A DNA stretch of 41,801 nucleotides, from NCBI GenBank assembly GCA_001655205.1, contig LPNZ01007350.1:1-41801 (forward strand). The letters run 5' to 3'. Source of the DNA: Lenisia limosa. Its lineage: Eukaryota; Protista; Breviatea. Positions 11,101 through 23,578 of the stretch are shown here, piece by piece; the first letter of the stretch is position 1; every line of letters begins with the position of its first letter. A program made the translations under genes and the position numbers. Under the pieces are notes generated by a model. That model worked only from the letters and a program-made list of their open reading frames with translations, did no database searches and was not told the origin of the DNA.

Positions 11101-13207
11101 TAGCGAGTTAAAGTCTTCCGATTACTATGATATGGATGTCTCTAGTTCAGTAAAATAATGAAGGTGTCACATTACTTCGACAAGAAATTTTTTTTATCTC
11201 ATTTCTGAGAATATGACCCACTTCATCATCAGCAGCAATTTCAATTTTGTTGTCCATCAAAAGAGACACCACCGCGATACAGTTGACAGAAATAGCAAGG
11301 TGAAGGAAGCCTTGGTTCTATAATTGTAAAAAACAGGAAGTAAGATTTTACAATTTGGAAAGAAATAAATGCCAAGAAGAACAAGACAAACTCTGAAAAA
11401 AACAATTTGTATTACGAAGTAAAATACCGAGTTGTCATTATGCAAGCACTTTATCTCTCACCTTGTTTTCCTTGTGCCTGAAGTTGATATTGAGTTGGGG
11501 GTTACTGATGAGTTGGTAACAAGACCCGATGTTACTGGCGGCAATGGCATCCCAGAACTGCAATGGGTAAGAATAAAAAGAGTCTCCAAACCGAAAGAAG
11601 CAGCCCCATAAAAGGGGAATCCGAACCGAAAGAAGCAGCCCCCCCCCACCCCCATTCCACCCAANNNNNNNNNNNNNNNNNNNNNNNNNNNNNNNNNNNN
11701 NNNNNNNNNNNNNNNNNNNNNNNNNNNNNNNNNNNNNNNNNNNNNNNNNNNNNNNNNNNNNAAGGTTGAAAGTGTCGTCTGCTTCAGCAGCTTCGCCACC
11801 ATTATCCTCCGCACCGGGGGGTTTGCATGTCTGTCAAGGTGAATCATGGTGGATGTGTTTTATGCGTTGTTGGAGACGAAGAAAAAACATAAGAGATGAA
11901 CAGTTTAAATAATAAAACGGGGTGGGGTAAAATGGGACTGCATCAAATACACAAAAAGGACAAATCTTAAATCAGAAGAAAACAGTGTATTCATCCAAAT
12001 ATCCATCCAAATCTCACCGTGTTACCCATGATTGTGACCAATGTGGGGTTGCCCATTTGTCCTCCTAAGACAAGGGGGGTTACTCCCTGGATTGTGAGTA
12101 ACACTAGGCTCCAACGTATACGTGTAGGCTTTTGCTATGACAGTACAAATATGTATGTAGTGATATCATACTATTTAGTCAAGGATATAATTCATATTAT
12201 ACTAGATAAATAGCTTGACATAAATCCCTCTAAATCCCTCTCAGGCAAATTGGGTATTGATGAGACTTACGGAATTGTCTGGAATGTAGGGGTTGGCTCC
12301 GGCAGTGATGAGAATATTGACAAGTGCAACGTTGGCTGCGGCAACACAATGGTGCAGCGCAGTTTTGCCCTAAAGCAGTCAGGATCAAGTTTCTGAGAGC
12401 TTTACTCAATTTTTATCCCAACTTTCATCATATTCATCGTAAATGATAGAATTTGTTCAACTAAGCCATCTATTATTCAACCGTTTTTACCCCCCCCCCC
12501 CNNNNNNNNNNNNNNNNNNNNNNNNNNNNNNNNNNNNNNNNNNNNNNNNNNNNNNNNNNNNNNNNNNNNNNNNNNNNNNNNNNNNCAGCATGTTGACTGC
12601 AGCCATATCGTTGGCGTTGACGGCCTTCATGAGGAGGGGGATGCCCTATTGATTGAGAATTAAAATAGTGTGTTGGTCCGTTATAGATTCCCCGTATTTC
12701 GAAAAACAACAGTAATTGAAGTTACCCCCCTCCCCAACATCATCAGCTGTCTTATTGGCGTCCAACTCAGGACGAGTGGAGAGGAACCCAATGACAGGAA
12801 CATGGCCGTTAGCAACAGCTACACCAAGAACAGTTTGGTTCTTGGAAGTTAGGGATATGCGATTGCAGATGTTTCAGAACGGGGAGATAGAACGGAGGGA
12901 TTTAGTTTTCTCTTCATGTAACAATTGATTCATTAGTATTAATCACGTATTAATATATTAATATAAGGGAAGGAAAGAGCACAAAAAGATAATGTTGGAA
13001 GAGCACACTGACCTCAGCTTCAGGGTTAGCGAAGTTGACATCGGCTCCTCCCATGACCAGTTGGCATACTGCTCCCATATCTCCAGAGCTAGCAGCATCC
13101 CAGAGCTTCTGTGAAGGGTAAGCCATTTAAACAGTCGCTGTTAGTGACTAATAGGCTGTTTATCCACACCTTATATAACCATTTACACTCACCTGTTCGT
13201 TACTCAT
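5128..13207 (-). CDS. Large ankyrin-repeat protein (over 20 repeats, ~37 exons) with a Glu/Lys-rich linker and a C-terminal villin headpiece domain
   Basis: Starts MSNEQ|KLWDAASSGD. Successive exons include GKTALHHCV, GNSPLHLAA, GDTALHLAT, GLTALHIAV, GRTALHLAI, CTPLYYAV and GYTPLLHAV. The C-terminus YTYEQLLSKPAGCDVTSLESYLSDAEFQT|VFGKTREEFQKLAKWKQQNEKK|RVNLF* (TGA at 5128-5130) is a textbook headpiece. Confidence 0.9.
5455..5835 (-). repeat. Coding low-complexity tandem repeat (VEEKEEEK-type units) inside the ankyrin-headpiece gene
   Basis: Plus-strand (CTT/CTC)-rich array. The in-frame minus reading after the cag acceptor near 5840 is TTEEEKVKKEEEKVEDKVEEKEEDKVEEKEEEK..., continuous into the headpiece exon. 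Confidence 0.9.
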
Positions 13208-13710
13208 GTTAATTGATCAAAAGTACCTGTTTCTTCGATCCCCGTTTTTTTAAAGTGGGCGTTGTGAGTCAAAAATATGGGTCCGCTCGGAGGAATAGCA
13301 GTAGCTGGATGGTGGGTCCCGGAAAATTTGTTGTGCGTCTTTCTTGCAGTTACGCGTGTATTGGATCGCTGTTATATTTCTGTTTTCAACTGTTATATCC
13401 AGTATATCGTTCCTCAGTTCCTCACCCTGTTATCCTGCTGTTACACTACAGACCTGTCACCTGTGACCCTTCCATCCTTCCATCTTCCCATCTCACACCT
13501 ATCAAAGTCAAATCAAAGTTTTGAACCATCCACCCATCCACCCATCCACCACTTTTTGACCAGTTGAATCGTTGAATACGAAAGTCCGGGAGTGGAAGCC
13601 TCCTGAAATCCATTTCATATTTACAAGCCGGCCAACAATGAGAATGAGTGGTTTTTGGTGCTTCACCTATTCACCTATAATACATATTGAAATTGAAAAC
13701 AACAATCCGA

Positions 13711-16684
13711 CTAACAGGCCTTCGCAGGCATTTCCTCACCCCTCATAGCGTTCAGGGCGTTTTTCATTGTCATGATAGCCATCTGCTCAGTGAGACCAAA
13801 CAAAAACACCACTGTAAAGTAGGATTGCCAATAAAGAGAGGGCAAGGATGTTACGAGACTCCCCCCCCCCCCAACTCTGTCTCTAGTCCTGGTCGTGGCC
13901 GAAGCAATGTGAGGAATTACAATGCAGTTATCAAGCTAAATTGTCAAATCTCAACGAAAGTTAACAACCTATCAAGGAACTTTGAGTTACCTACGAGAGG
14001 CATTCGTCTTTAAGTTCACAATTCCGGAAAACACTTTCCACTAGGGAGCCCCAGGTACCTTGAGTAATTCGGAGTCAGTGGGGAGGGGCTCAGGGTCACA
14101 TACGTCAAGAGCCGCACAAGCAATCTGGACCCATTAGGCCGTATCAGGTTCACATACGTAGATATCATATTATATTATTGGAATTTGGTACAGTTTTCCA
14201 CTTCACAAAAACAAATATGTTCTGTTCTGATATACCATTTTCGATGTGAGCAAGCGAATACAACAATATTACAAAAGAGAAAAGCAATCCAACACTCACA
14301 TCGTCATTTTTAAGTGCCTCAATGAGTTCGTTTTGCTTCACAACCTGACCACGAGAGGTGTTTATGCTGATATGTCAAATATGAACTGAATAGACACAGG
14401 GGGGCAGAGGGATATGTTCTTGTATCTCAAAAATGCCTGAAATTTCCGATAAATTCCTGTTTTTGTCAGTGCTTCGTGTCATTCTGACCCGGGGTGTTTG
14501 AATACTTACAAACCCCAGTAAGACCCTCCTACAATACGCAGGTTGACTTCATTTTTTTGAATTCCTCTTGGCCGAACAGCCCAGAAGTGGCGGGAACCAG
14601 AGGGCAGTGAACTGACAGGAAATCCGACCGGGCAAGGAGAGTATCAAAATCTGTTTGATCAGCGGAGGAGACTTATTCAGTCATTTTCAATGGTAAACTG
14701 CATTTTTAACAACGTAATTCATTCGATACTATCCTCTCATGGGATACTTTCAGGTAAAATTGTCATATGTTTTCCCATCATACCGACGTATTCAGCGTCA
14801 AGATTCTTCTCAACATGGGGTTTCCTTGATCCACCGCAGTAGATAATCTGACAATTAGAAAGCGAAAGTCAATAATAGCGTAATTTTAGGATTCATAATC
14901 AAAAATAATAACAATAATAATAATAATAATAATAATAAAACAATAATAGCATAGCACACAAGCAAAATTGTTGATATACCGAACCAAACCCGCTCCAACT
15001 TTTGAGCCGAATGCATGTGCCCTTTGTGCCACTGCCTCACCAATACGGCCCATGCCAAAAATGCCGACTGTCTGGGGGGGGGGGNNNNNNNNNNNNNNNN
15101 NNNNNNNNNNNNNNNNNNNNNNNNNNNNNNNNNNNNNNNNNNNNCTGAAATTACTTTTTCTTTTTTAAAAAACCCTTCTATTCAAAACTACGATTAAAAA
15201 GGTTCTCTTAGAAATATTACAGGGGCTTTGGCACTCACATTTTCATCAAGATCCTGTCCACAGAGCCAAGTGGGGTGCCAGGCCCCCCACTCTCCGTTTC
15301 GCACCTGAGCAGTCATGTGACAGTCTTGTATCATATTTAGGATAAAATGTACATGACTGATTGAAATATACTACTGATTGGCTTTGTGGAATCCTATTAT
15401 CAATCCACACCCACCGCTCTCTCGCCCTTAAAGAGGTGACGAGAGGCAGAGAGCATCAATCCAAGAGTGTGTTCCGCACAGCTATCTGTGTGTGTGAGTT
15501 TTGTCAACTCTCAACGAGCAGCAGGGCTCATTTATAGGTTAGTAGCAGGATAGTAGAATCTTAAGCCCCATCAATACCCAGATATAATAGAACTGCTCCC
15601 CCCCCCCTCCCACTGGTGAGAACATTTGGGGTGTAGCCGACCTTGACCTTTTTCTCCTTGCAGGCTTCAACATCAATATGGTTGAATCCAACTGAAAGAG
15701 TTGAGACAACCTACAGCATCAGATATGAAGTCAGGAGAACAAATTTAAGTGAATTCAAATACAGAAATAGACCAAAAAACAAGGCGAAAATCCATACCTT
15801 TAAGTCTTCTCCACAAGCGTCGATAACAGCCTTAGTGACAGGCTCAGTGAGTGACACAACCAGGCCTAGGGAGAGGGGGAGAGTAAACCTGGAAAAATTT
15901 TCAGTAAGAATGAAAATTTATATAACAACTCTGATGGCTAGCATTTGGGAAACACACAAGGGATAAAACAACAAAACAAACAAAGCCTGACTAGTCGCTT
16001 CTGCAACACCACATCCCATCACTGGTGGAGAGTAAAATGGGGAAATTGTTGAAACACAAAAAAAGCAAAATCAGCTCTGTTGCCAGCAACACACAAGAGT
16101 TGAAAACAACAAAACAAACAGACCAGTCGCTTTGACCCACTANNNNNNNNNNNNNNNNNNNNNNNNNNNNNNNNNNNNNNNNNNNNNNNNNNNNNNNNNN
16201 NNNNNNNNNNNNNNNNNNNNNNNNNNNNNNNNNNNNNNNNNNNNNNNNNNNNNNCATACTAAAGTATATGATATGTATATTATGTATACATACATGTATC
16301 AGCAAAGCAGAAAACGCAGCAAATATCAGTATGGAATTAAGAACAGGAGGGTGCTCCTGGATGCCACCCCCTAACCTTGAACAGGTCCGAACTCCTCTAA
16401 TGCTTCGATAATTCCAGACTCTCCAGGAGGGGTGTTGCCTTGACTGTGAGAGCTTTGACAGTAGACAACAAAGCAAATATCCAAAAATCCGAAGAGCTCA
16501 GTCATGAAAGAGTCTCCCGCCAACCAGGAATAACACGGATGTTAAACTCCTTGCTTGCCTTGGAGATCAAGTCATTAGCACCGGGAGGCAAGGCTCGAGC
16601 AATGAGGATGCGGGGAAGGTCGGATGTTGTTCCGGGCATGGTTGAAAACTGTCTGGCTATGTTGACAAGTCTCTGGGCAAACAT
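13711..16684 (-). CDS. GRHPR: D-isomer-specific 2-hydroxyacid dehydrogenase, glyoxylate/hydroxypyruvate reductase type, with a putative mitochondrial presequence
   Basis: MFAQRLVNIARQFSTM... / VVSTLSVGFNHIDVEAC..VGYTPNVLT / GEWGAWHPTWLCGQDL / TVGIFGMGRIGEAVAQRA (Rossmann GxGxxG) / SDFLSVHCPL / INTSRG / ALDVCDPEPLP / VIPHIASAT (catalytic R, E, H) / ...MPAKAC* (TAG 13711-13713). Confidence 0.92.
14905..14948. repeat. (AAT)n microsatellite in a GRHPR intron
   Basis: aataataacaataataataataataataataataataaaacaataat is read directly. Confidence 0.9.
15925..16135 (-). repeat. Interspersed repeat family B, two tandem copies in a GRHPR intron (abut an N gap)
   Basis: Reverse complement ggatgtggtgttgcagaagcgactag...tttgtttgttttgttgtt...tagccatcagagttg, plus a second copy aaagcgactggtctgtttgttttgttgtt...ctggcaacagagctgattt. 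Confidence 0.75.
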
Positions 16685-17042
16685 CAACAATATATATTTT
16701 TTAATATATGATGGATTGAAGGAAGAGTGTATTAGTATGGAAAGCAGCAAGTTTGCGCAAGAATTAGCGCACACGCGCAGGCTTTTGGTATCAACCATGG
16801 GTCCACTTTGTCCCCTCCCATTGCCCTCCAATCTCAATCCAAACTTCAATCAATCATATCATCGCCGAAATACATCATTGTGCAATCATTGTGGCATTGT
16901 TGTGGCAGACAAACCGAGATAGTCCTATGACTTATTCCAGTCTTCAGAAGTGAGAAACAGACTGAGTATTTGCCATTCACACGAATCCAAGGATAAAAGA
17001 TATAGCTGCACTCAATTAAACATGAAGATATATTGGTACGAA

Positions 17043-20000
17043 CTAAACATTACATAGAACAACAGGGTAGGAAGATTCACCTAAGCGGTGAAGGTGTGTA
17101 AGGTAGAAAAAATAGTCACACATCCATCTACAACTCACCTGCGAGGAGAATAAGAGGGAGGAAAGGGTGGGATGTAACACAAGTGACTCTTTGCACAGAA
17201 ATAGGAATATCTGCGATCTAAAGGGATGACAATCATGATATTTAAGCAAATACTGCATAACCACTTCAATTATTTGCAACACTACTGCAATTTCCACCAA
17301 CATGTTTGTTATTCCTGGGAGCAAGTGGAGGTAAGGGCCGAGCAATTGAAGGCTGCATTTCAACAGTTGCTGCCACTGTACAGTTTAAGTTAAATATGGT
17401 GTACCATAAAACTATAAGAATGAGATTTAGAAAAATAGACCACAGTACCCCTTTTGATTCGAAGTGAAGCAGGAAAAACTACAGACAATAGAAACCAAAA
17501 AGAGGAAGAGCGAGCAAAAATTAACCCTTTTGTCCCACCTGGAGGAGGCAGCACAGTAGGTCCTGTCACGACCCTGAGGGAGGCCTTCTTACGTCGGCCT
17601 AAACTGCAGAAATCTGGGCCGTCTGGAGTTGTCATTTCTCGTGACAAATTATAATTGACTGAGAGAGTGTAATAATTGGAAAGAAAAGAAATTGGGCGGG
17701 TGACATGCAATTCCAAAACACTATCTCAATGACAACCCTTCTTCCTCAGGCCCAACAGAGCACAGCCCCCACCATGGCGTAATGAGCTAACAAGCGTGAG
17801 GCCCAAGGCAGTCGGCTGCACTGAAGGAATAGCAGCTGCTTTCAGGAACGGAACAAACGCAGGTCGCACCATACTGACGGGTCTGACACGACTCACTATC
17901 AAGATCAAAAGATCAATGGTCCGATAATAGTTGGTTAAAGATGAGAGAGAAAAATAAATAAGAGGTGTGCTGCTCCTTGAATTCGAGACCTCTTTCACCT
18001 TTAGCAGCGGCTAGATCGGGATACATCACGGTCGCGTTCCCATCTACACTATTAGGGTTCCATCCATTGTTGTATAATAGACACTACAACTTTTCATAAA
18101 TGATTGTATTAACGAAACAGTACTATGTGGTGCTCTGAAAACACGACCAGGTGTGGTACTTTGAATAAACCACATGTGCATATGCATATCTAACATTGCT
18201 GTACTTTGTTTCAACAGGTCCCTGGAGGTTAATACTTTCTTCAAATAGAAAAACACAATTCAGAATTTCCTGACAGAGATGCCACCACCAACTTCGTAAT
18301 TCCTCCAGCGTCCCTTGCATGCAAAACCCTGCGGACCAACCCACAAGGAGTTCATGGTTCTGAAGGAGTCAAACCAAACTTTGAAAAATTGGAGGTTCCC
18401 TTGGTTGCACCCCCTTCAAATTAAAATAATGACTAGAAAGGGAGTGGAATGAGGGAGTTCTTTTTCGAACGAAGACAAGTAATATCCCTTAAAAATACCA
18501 AGCCAGTCTCTTTTTAGAATGACAACATCCAACACATACCATCATGTCAACAACATAGTCCAGAGGAGCCAAGGATGAAGGGTGAACCGCCAGATCCAAA
18601 TGGGCTTTTCGGACCAAGTGCTCTGCATTGATACTCCATAAGGGCCTTGAATAGTGCCGAAGGTCCACAGCGGTCATATAGCCTTTGGAGAATCAATCAG
18701 GAGAGTACGGAATCGTGAATAGAAAACAATAGTGTGTCGTATTTTCATCATGAGGTTTGTCACAGATTTGTATTACTGGGGAGGCACGCAGAAAGCTGTG
18801 TCCACAGAGTTGTAAGGCAAATGAACCCTCTCTCTTATGAGCGTGATGGTATGGACGGCTTCGGGCAGATACAAACTTGTATTATTTCTCATCTCTATAT
18901 ATTACAAATATTATCCTGTTACCATCTTTAGAAACAGAAATCAGCTCATTTTCATGGTAAGGTGAAGCCTAAAGTTTATAAGATTGTTTCAGAACACTTA
19001 GCCATGAGAACGTGTCACCAACATACTTTGACAAACCCATGCCCCCACCCACACTCAGTCCGGTAACAGGTCCACTATGATGTGTCACTATTACTGTCGG
19101 TTGTACGGGGGTTTTTCGAATGTCCCAAATAGGAATTGTTCCATCCCGACCTCCTGCAATGACACTGTCTGCTTTGTCAATCATGCCACCAAAGGATAAA
19201 TGTCATATACATACATATCATATAGTATGGGTATTACTGGTGGGCATGTAGCAAGTTCTCCTACTCACTCTCAACACACTGAAGCGATAAATGACCCTTG
19301 ATGCGCTTTTTGGGGTGTCCAAGTCGCATAACAGGTTCGCGAGACTTTCCTTCACCATCATATCTAAATAATTTAGTACACTTCCCTTCGCCATGATATC
19401 TCAATTGGTACATAAGAGATGATACCAAATGAGCCGCAAACATTGCCACCATTGAAGACGACGCGAAGGCCGTGGCAACCCATGTGTCTTTTGTGCCCAA
19501 AAACTTGCTACACTCAACATAGTCCGGCCTAGGAGTGGTCATCGTTAGAGATATAATACATATTATCCATGAAAATCAGGTATTCCTTTCGAAAAAATAT
19601 GAAATACGAGAGTGTATTCAATTTCATGGATAAGAACAGTGAGACGCTAAAATACTTGAAATAACCCACAAAGGACAGGACTTGAAATGCTTCGTGACAA
19701 TACCGGAATCTGAATTCATAAGGACCTTTTGTGTCTTCCATACTCCACAATATTGCAACCCACATTTCGGTTTAATCTGAGCAGGTACATTGGTTTTACC
19801 AAATGTTGGCCCGTTTTCCTTTTTGTCAGCTTCGTCTTCGTCGTTTCGTCTCTTCAGATCTATGAAGGTGAAAAAAAATCATGTGTTAAATGGCAATTAA
19901 ATGGATCTGATCCGGTGAGCGCGTCGGCCAAGCAATCTCGTGATGTGGAGATGCAGTTTTTCAGGTGAAAATAAACTAACCGTAGCTTCGCTGCGTGGTC

Positions 20001-20962
20001 ACCCTTGAAGAGTCTAGCTCGCTTTTGAAGGAGTGGGCTGCAAGGTTGCCTTGGAGGGACAGCGAGGAGTAGAACTGGGTTGAGTTATGTAGGTCTATTA
20101 GCCCATTTGGAAATCAATAATGTGCTGTTTTCACCTGTATAATACCCCTGGTTTACTTTGCCATACGAATATCCCGACCCACTCTCAGAGACTTGGCAGT
20201 GGAAGCTGTTGCGACTGAATGAGGTGAGCCAGCGCAGAAAGGGAAATCATTAATAAGGTTTAAATACTTTCCTTTCCCCATCCCAAGCGCACAGGTGTCC
20301 CCGGAATTGGAAAACGTTGCAGATGTCAGAGCAGTATTCGATCGGTCAAATGATTGTCGTGACTCCCCATACTGCATCATTAAAACAAGCAATAATACCT
20401 CAGAAATAACGGTAAAAAGACACCCTCTCACGATTTGATGTGTATTAGTGGCCAGATTAGAGGCTATACGGTACGACAGATACGGGCAAAGCTTGAAGTC
20501 CATTGTGCTTCGGATGAGCTGTTGGTAGGCTGGCATCGTGTCCCGTCTGGAGATTATATCAAAAAAACGAAGACTAAAAAAACCAAAAGTGTTGGGTTAT
20601 TTATCCATTTTTCATCACTAATCCCAATAAATTTTCAACTGTCAAAATGATAAACACAATAATTCGAAAAGAGGGAATAAACTTGAGCAAAGAAAAAATT
20701 CCAATAAAAGAACTATTCAAGAGGAAGGTATCGTTAGATTAGCTCACCTTGAGGTCCATAGTCCTGGCTGCCCGCTGGGGTGAAGAGATGGTGGAGGACT
20801 GTCAGTTATTTGATCGACCTTTTCAGGAGTGGTGGGAAGTGGCGCATCTGGAGCTTCTTTGATTGGTTGTTTAACCTTTTTTTTAACCTGAAGAGAGGCT
20901 GGCGGTGGGTTAGAGGCTGCCTGGGCGTGTGCAAAGTAATCTCCCAAAGTTCGTTGACCCAT
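17043..20962 (-). CDS. WD40-repeat protein with a WDxR (DWD) motif and an N-terminal PIP-box-like motif; family unresolved, some internal exon boundaries uncertain
   Basis: Starts MGQRTLGDYF. Exons include ALTSATFSNSGDTCALGMGKG, VECSKFLGTKDTWVATAF, SVIAGGRDGTIPIWDIRKTPVQPTVIVTHHSGPVTGLS, GYMTAVDLR and VTCVTSHPFLPLILLAG|ESSYPVVLCNV* (TAG 17043-17045). Confidence 0.75.
18770..18903 (-). mobile_element. Repeat family A copy (internally deleted) in a WD40-gene intron
   Basis: ggggaggcacgcagaaagctgtgtccacagagttgtaaggcaaatga...cttatgagcgtgatggtatggacggcttcgggcagatac...atttctcat matches the reverse complement of 39019-39188. Confidence 0.75.
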
Positions 20963-21238
20963 TGTCCTTTTAAACCTCCTCTTCTCCTTCTTCCCTTGTT
21001 ACCTGTTCTTCCCCTCTTCTTTGCCCTTGAGCAACCTTGATAAAAACGACAAGGTCACATAGCTTTTGTACGCCTATGTATTATTATATTTAGTGATATC
21101 CAAAGCTTGTGTGTGAGAAGAAAGCAACGACATTACGACATTGTAAAATATTTGTTTGAACACATATTGAGCTTAAAGTGAAGAGAAAAGAAGTTACGGT
21201 GCATCAAGTAACGTTTCTGCTCCCTCCTCGGTAACGCA

Positions 21239-23578
21239 ATGGTTTGTTTTGTACCTTCTGCGCACATCTTATCTATAGAATGACGCTGGAGCTGTTCACG
21301 ACCTCGTTGACATCTCTGAGCTGTAAGCTTCGTTTTCTCCCATATTGTTCTATCTATTTCTATTAGTCTTTTATCGAAGGACAGCTTGCCACTTTTGTTT
21401 TATGATAGCTCAGTGATAGCTTTCAAATAATTAATAACATTTTTGTAATCCCTCTATTTTAAGTTAAGCGATCTATGGCATGACTTTCGCCCAACCAGGT
21501 TTGATGACAAGAACAATGACTTCATTCGGCACGTTAATGCTGCCGAAGACGTAAGGGGGGTGGGGGCTAGGATTTAATCAACTTCTGTCTTACTTGTTTG
21601 AAAACTCAACGAAGATTTTAATAATAAAACCACTTCTTTCAATTCTACACTAGTGTTGTTTTGACAGATACTGAGATGCATTCGTATTTGTTCTTGGATA
21701 ATGCGTGTAGTTGAGCAGCCACCGTAAGGATAATGAAATCAGTGAGGCAGAGGAATGCCTCAAGAGTATGCGAAAACTTCAGAAAAGGTGTGGTCGAGTT
21801 GTGCCATTGACAGGGGGCGGGGGGTGAAGGAAAGTTCGATGAATATTTTGTGTGAGTAATCTTAGTAAATTAAGGTATATCTCTCTACCTTTATCGAATA
21901 TATGTACCTGACCCATATAACAAAGAATTGGGGTGCATTGGGCTTTCTTATTCTTGATAGCTGCTTTTTTGTATTATATTGTATGTATACTTAGACCAAA
22001 AAAACAATCACCAAAATGTTTTTGTTCTGCCATTTGATTTGCCCTACACTTATGTCGATTCATTGGGTTTTTCTGATGAAAGCACCAACTCTCCCACTTT
22101 TTTTTTACCATTCTTCAGATTTAAATTAGCCTTCCGAGACTTGCCATCTACACATGTGAAAAAGGTGTTTTTCGATCAGGTGAGCCATCCTTTTCTTGTT
22201 TCCGGTCTTTCTTCCTTCTTTATTTTTACTGTCTTCTGTTTTGTTTCTTCTTCCTCATAATTTTCACTTCCCTCACGGCTCTTAACATTGCACAGAGACA
22301 AAGAGAGCAGGAAAAGATCCTCAAGGNNNNNNNNNNNNNNNNNNNNNNNNNNNNNNNNNNNNNNNNNNNNNNNNNNNNNNNNNNNNNNNNNNNNNNNNNN
22401 NNNNNNNNNNNNNNNNNNNNNNNNNNNNNNNNNNNNNNNNNNNNNNNNNNNNNNNNNNNNNNNNNNNNNNNNNNNNNNNNNNNNNNNNNNNNNNNNNNNN
22501 NNNNNAGTAATACACAATTATGAGAGGTGAATAGCCCAGTTGAAATTTTGACAATATATTTAAACGACAATATCTTAGGATATGCGATGCGGTCCTTTTC
22601 TCACTCTATACCTGAGCTCACTGACCGCAGGGGCTGGCGTGGCTGACAACATGACCGAAATGGAACTTCTGAAACAGGCGGGACAGATCCAGGACGACTC
22701 CCTGTCGAGTCTTGCCAGGTCCAAGAAAATGATTGATNNNNNNNNNNNNNNNNNNNNNNNNNNNNNNNNNNNNNNNNNNNNNNNNNNNNNNNNNNNNNNN
22801 NNNNNNNNNNNNNNNNNNNNNNNNNNNNNNNNNNNNNNNNNNNNNNNGTGTGTTTGGCAATGTTGCAAGGGGAGTCTACTTCAGAGACGATTTTTCTTTT
22901 GTTCTTACGTTGCCTTTATTGTTTTTGTTTATTTAGTTCAACAAATTGAACATCACCCCTCCCTTTGGTTCCAAACAAAAAGACACTGATTTATCTATCA
23001 ATCCTCAATCAGTGATATTTCCCTCGTCTTTTTGAAGCGAAATGAAGCACCACTCACATCTAGACTGGCGCTCAAACTTCAGCGGAATTGAAGTCACAAA
23101 CAGAACAGCTTGAGAACATCCGAGACAATGTTCAAGACATGCAGTCTGATATCAGGAGTGCAAAGAAAGAATTGAGGTAAGGTTCACCCGGTCTCCTTCA
23201 TATTTCAATGATGATGTTATCCTCACATCCATGTGAGATATGACGCTGTTTTGGTTTGAGCAAAAAAAAACAACCTTGTAGTAGATATCTATTCAGAGCT
23301 GTTTCACGGATTGTCTTTTCCAACTTATGGTGACCCCTTTCATCACCCCCTAATTGACCTCCCCCGTGTTTCTTATTGTTTTTTTGTTTGGAGGAGTTTT
23401 AGATTATTCGGTTCGATGACCCCCTCTCAGAGCGTTTGTCCGCCGAATGGCCACTGATCGAATTATTATGTGCTTCCTTCTTCTCGTCATCATTGGTGTG
23501 ATTTTCATTGTGGCGTACAAGCAAATCAACCCTGATGCTGACGTCAACAGTCCGCCTGAATACCAGAAAGATGCTTAG
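21239..23578 (+). CDS. NPSN: NPSN (novel plant SNARE)-type Qb-SNARE; start exon tentative, two gaps inside
   Basis: MTEMELLKQAGQIQDDSLSSLARSKKMID / AELKSQTEQLENIRDNVQDMQSDIRSAKKELR / AFVRRMATDRIIMCFLLLVIIGVIFIVAYKQINPD...* The ATD-I-M-FL-L--IG transmembrane signature is typical of NPSN. Confidence 0.85.

Noticed and set aside
11588-11645. Short direct repeat ccgaaagaagcagcccc (two copies, ~35-bp period)
   Set aside because: A local intronic duplication next to a gap with no further copies seen.
13500-13625. Short minus-strand ORF MKWISGGFHSRTFVFNDSTGQK with (GGATGGGT)3 after a possible donor
   Set aside because: No recognisable homology. It could be a 5' UTR exon of the ankyrin gene but is unsupported as a CDS.
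16440-17060. 160-aa plus-strand ORF and nearby plus-strand exon-like pieces
   Set aside because: Largely antisense to the first GRHPR exons, with no motif and no consistent splice phases.
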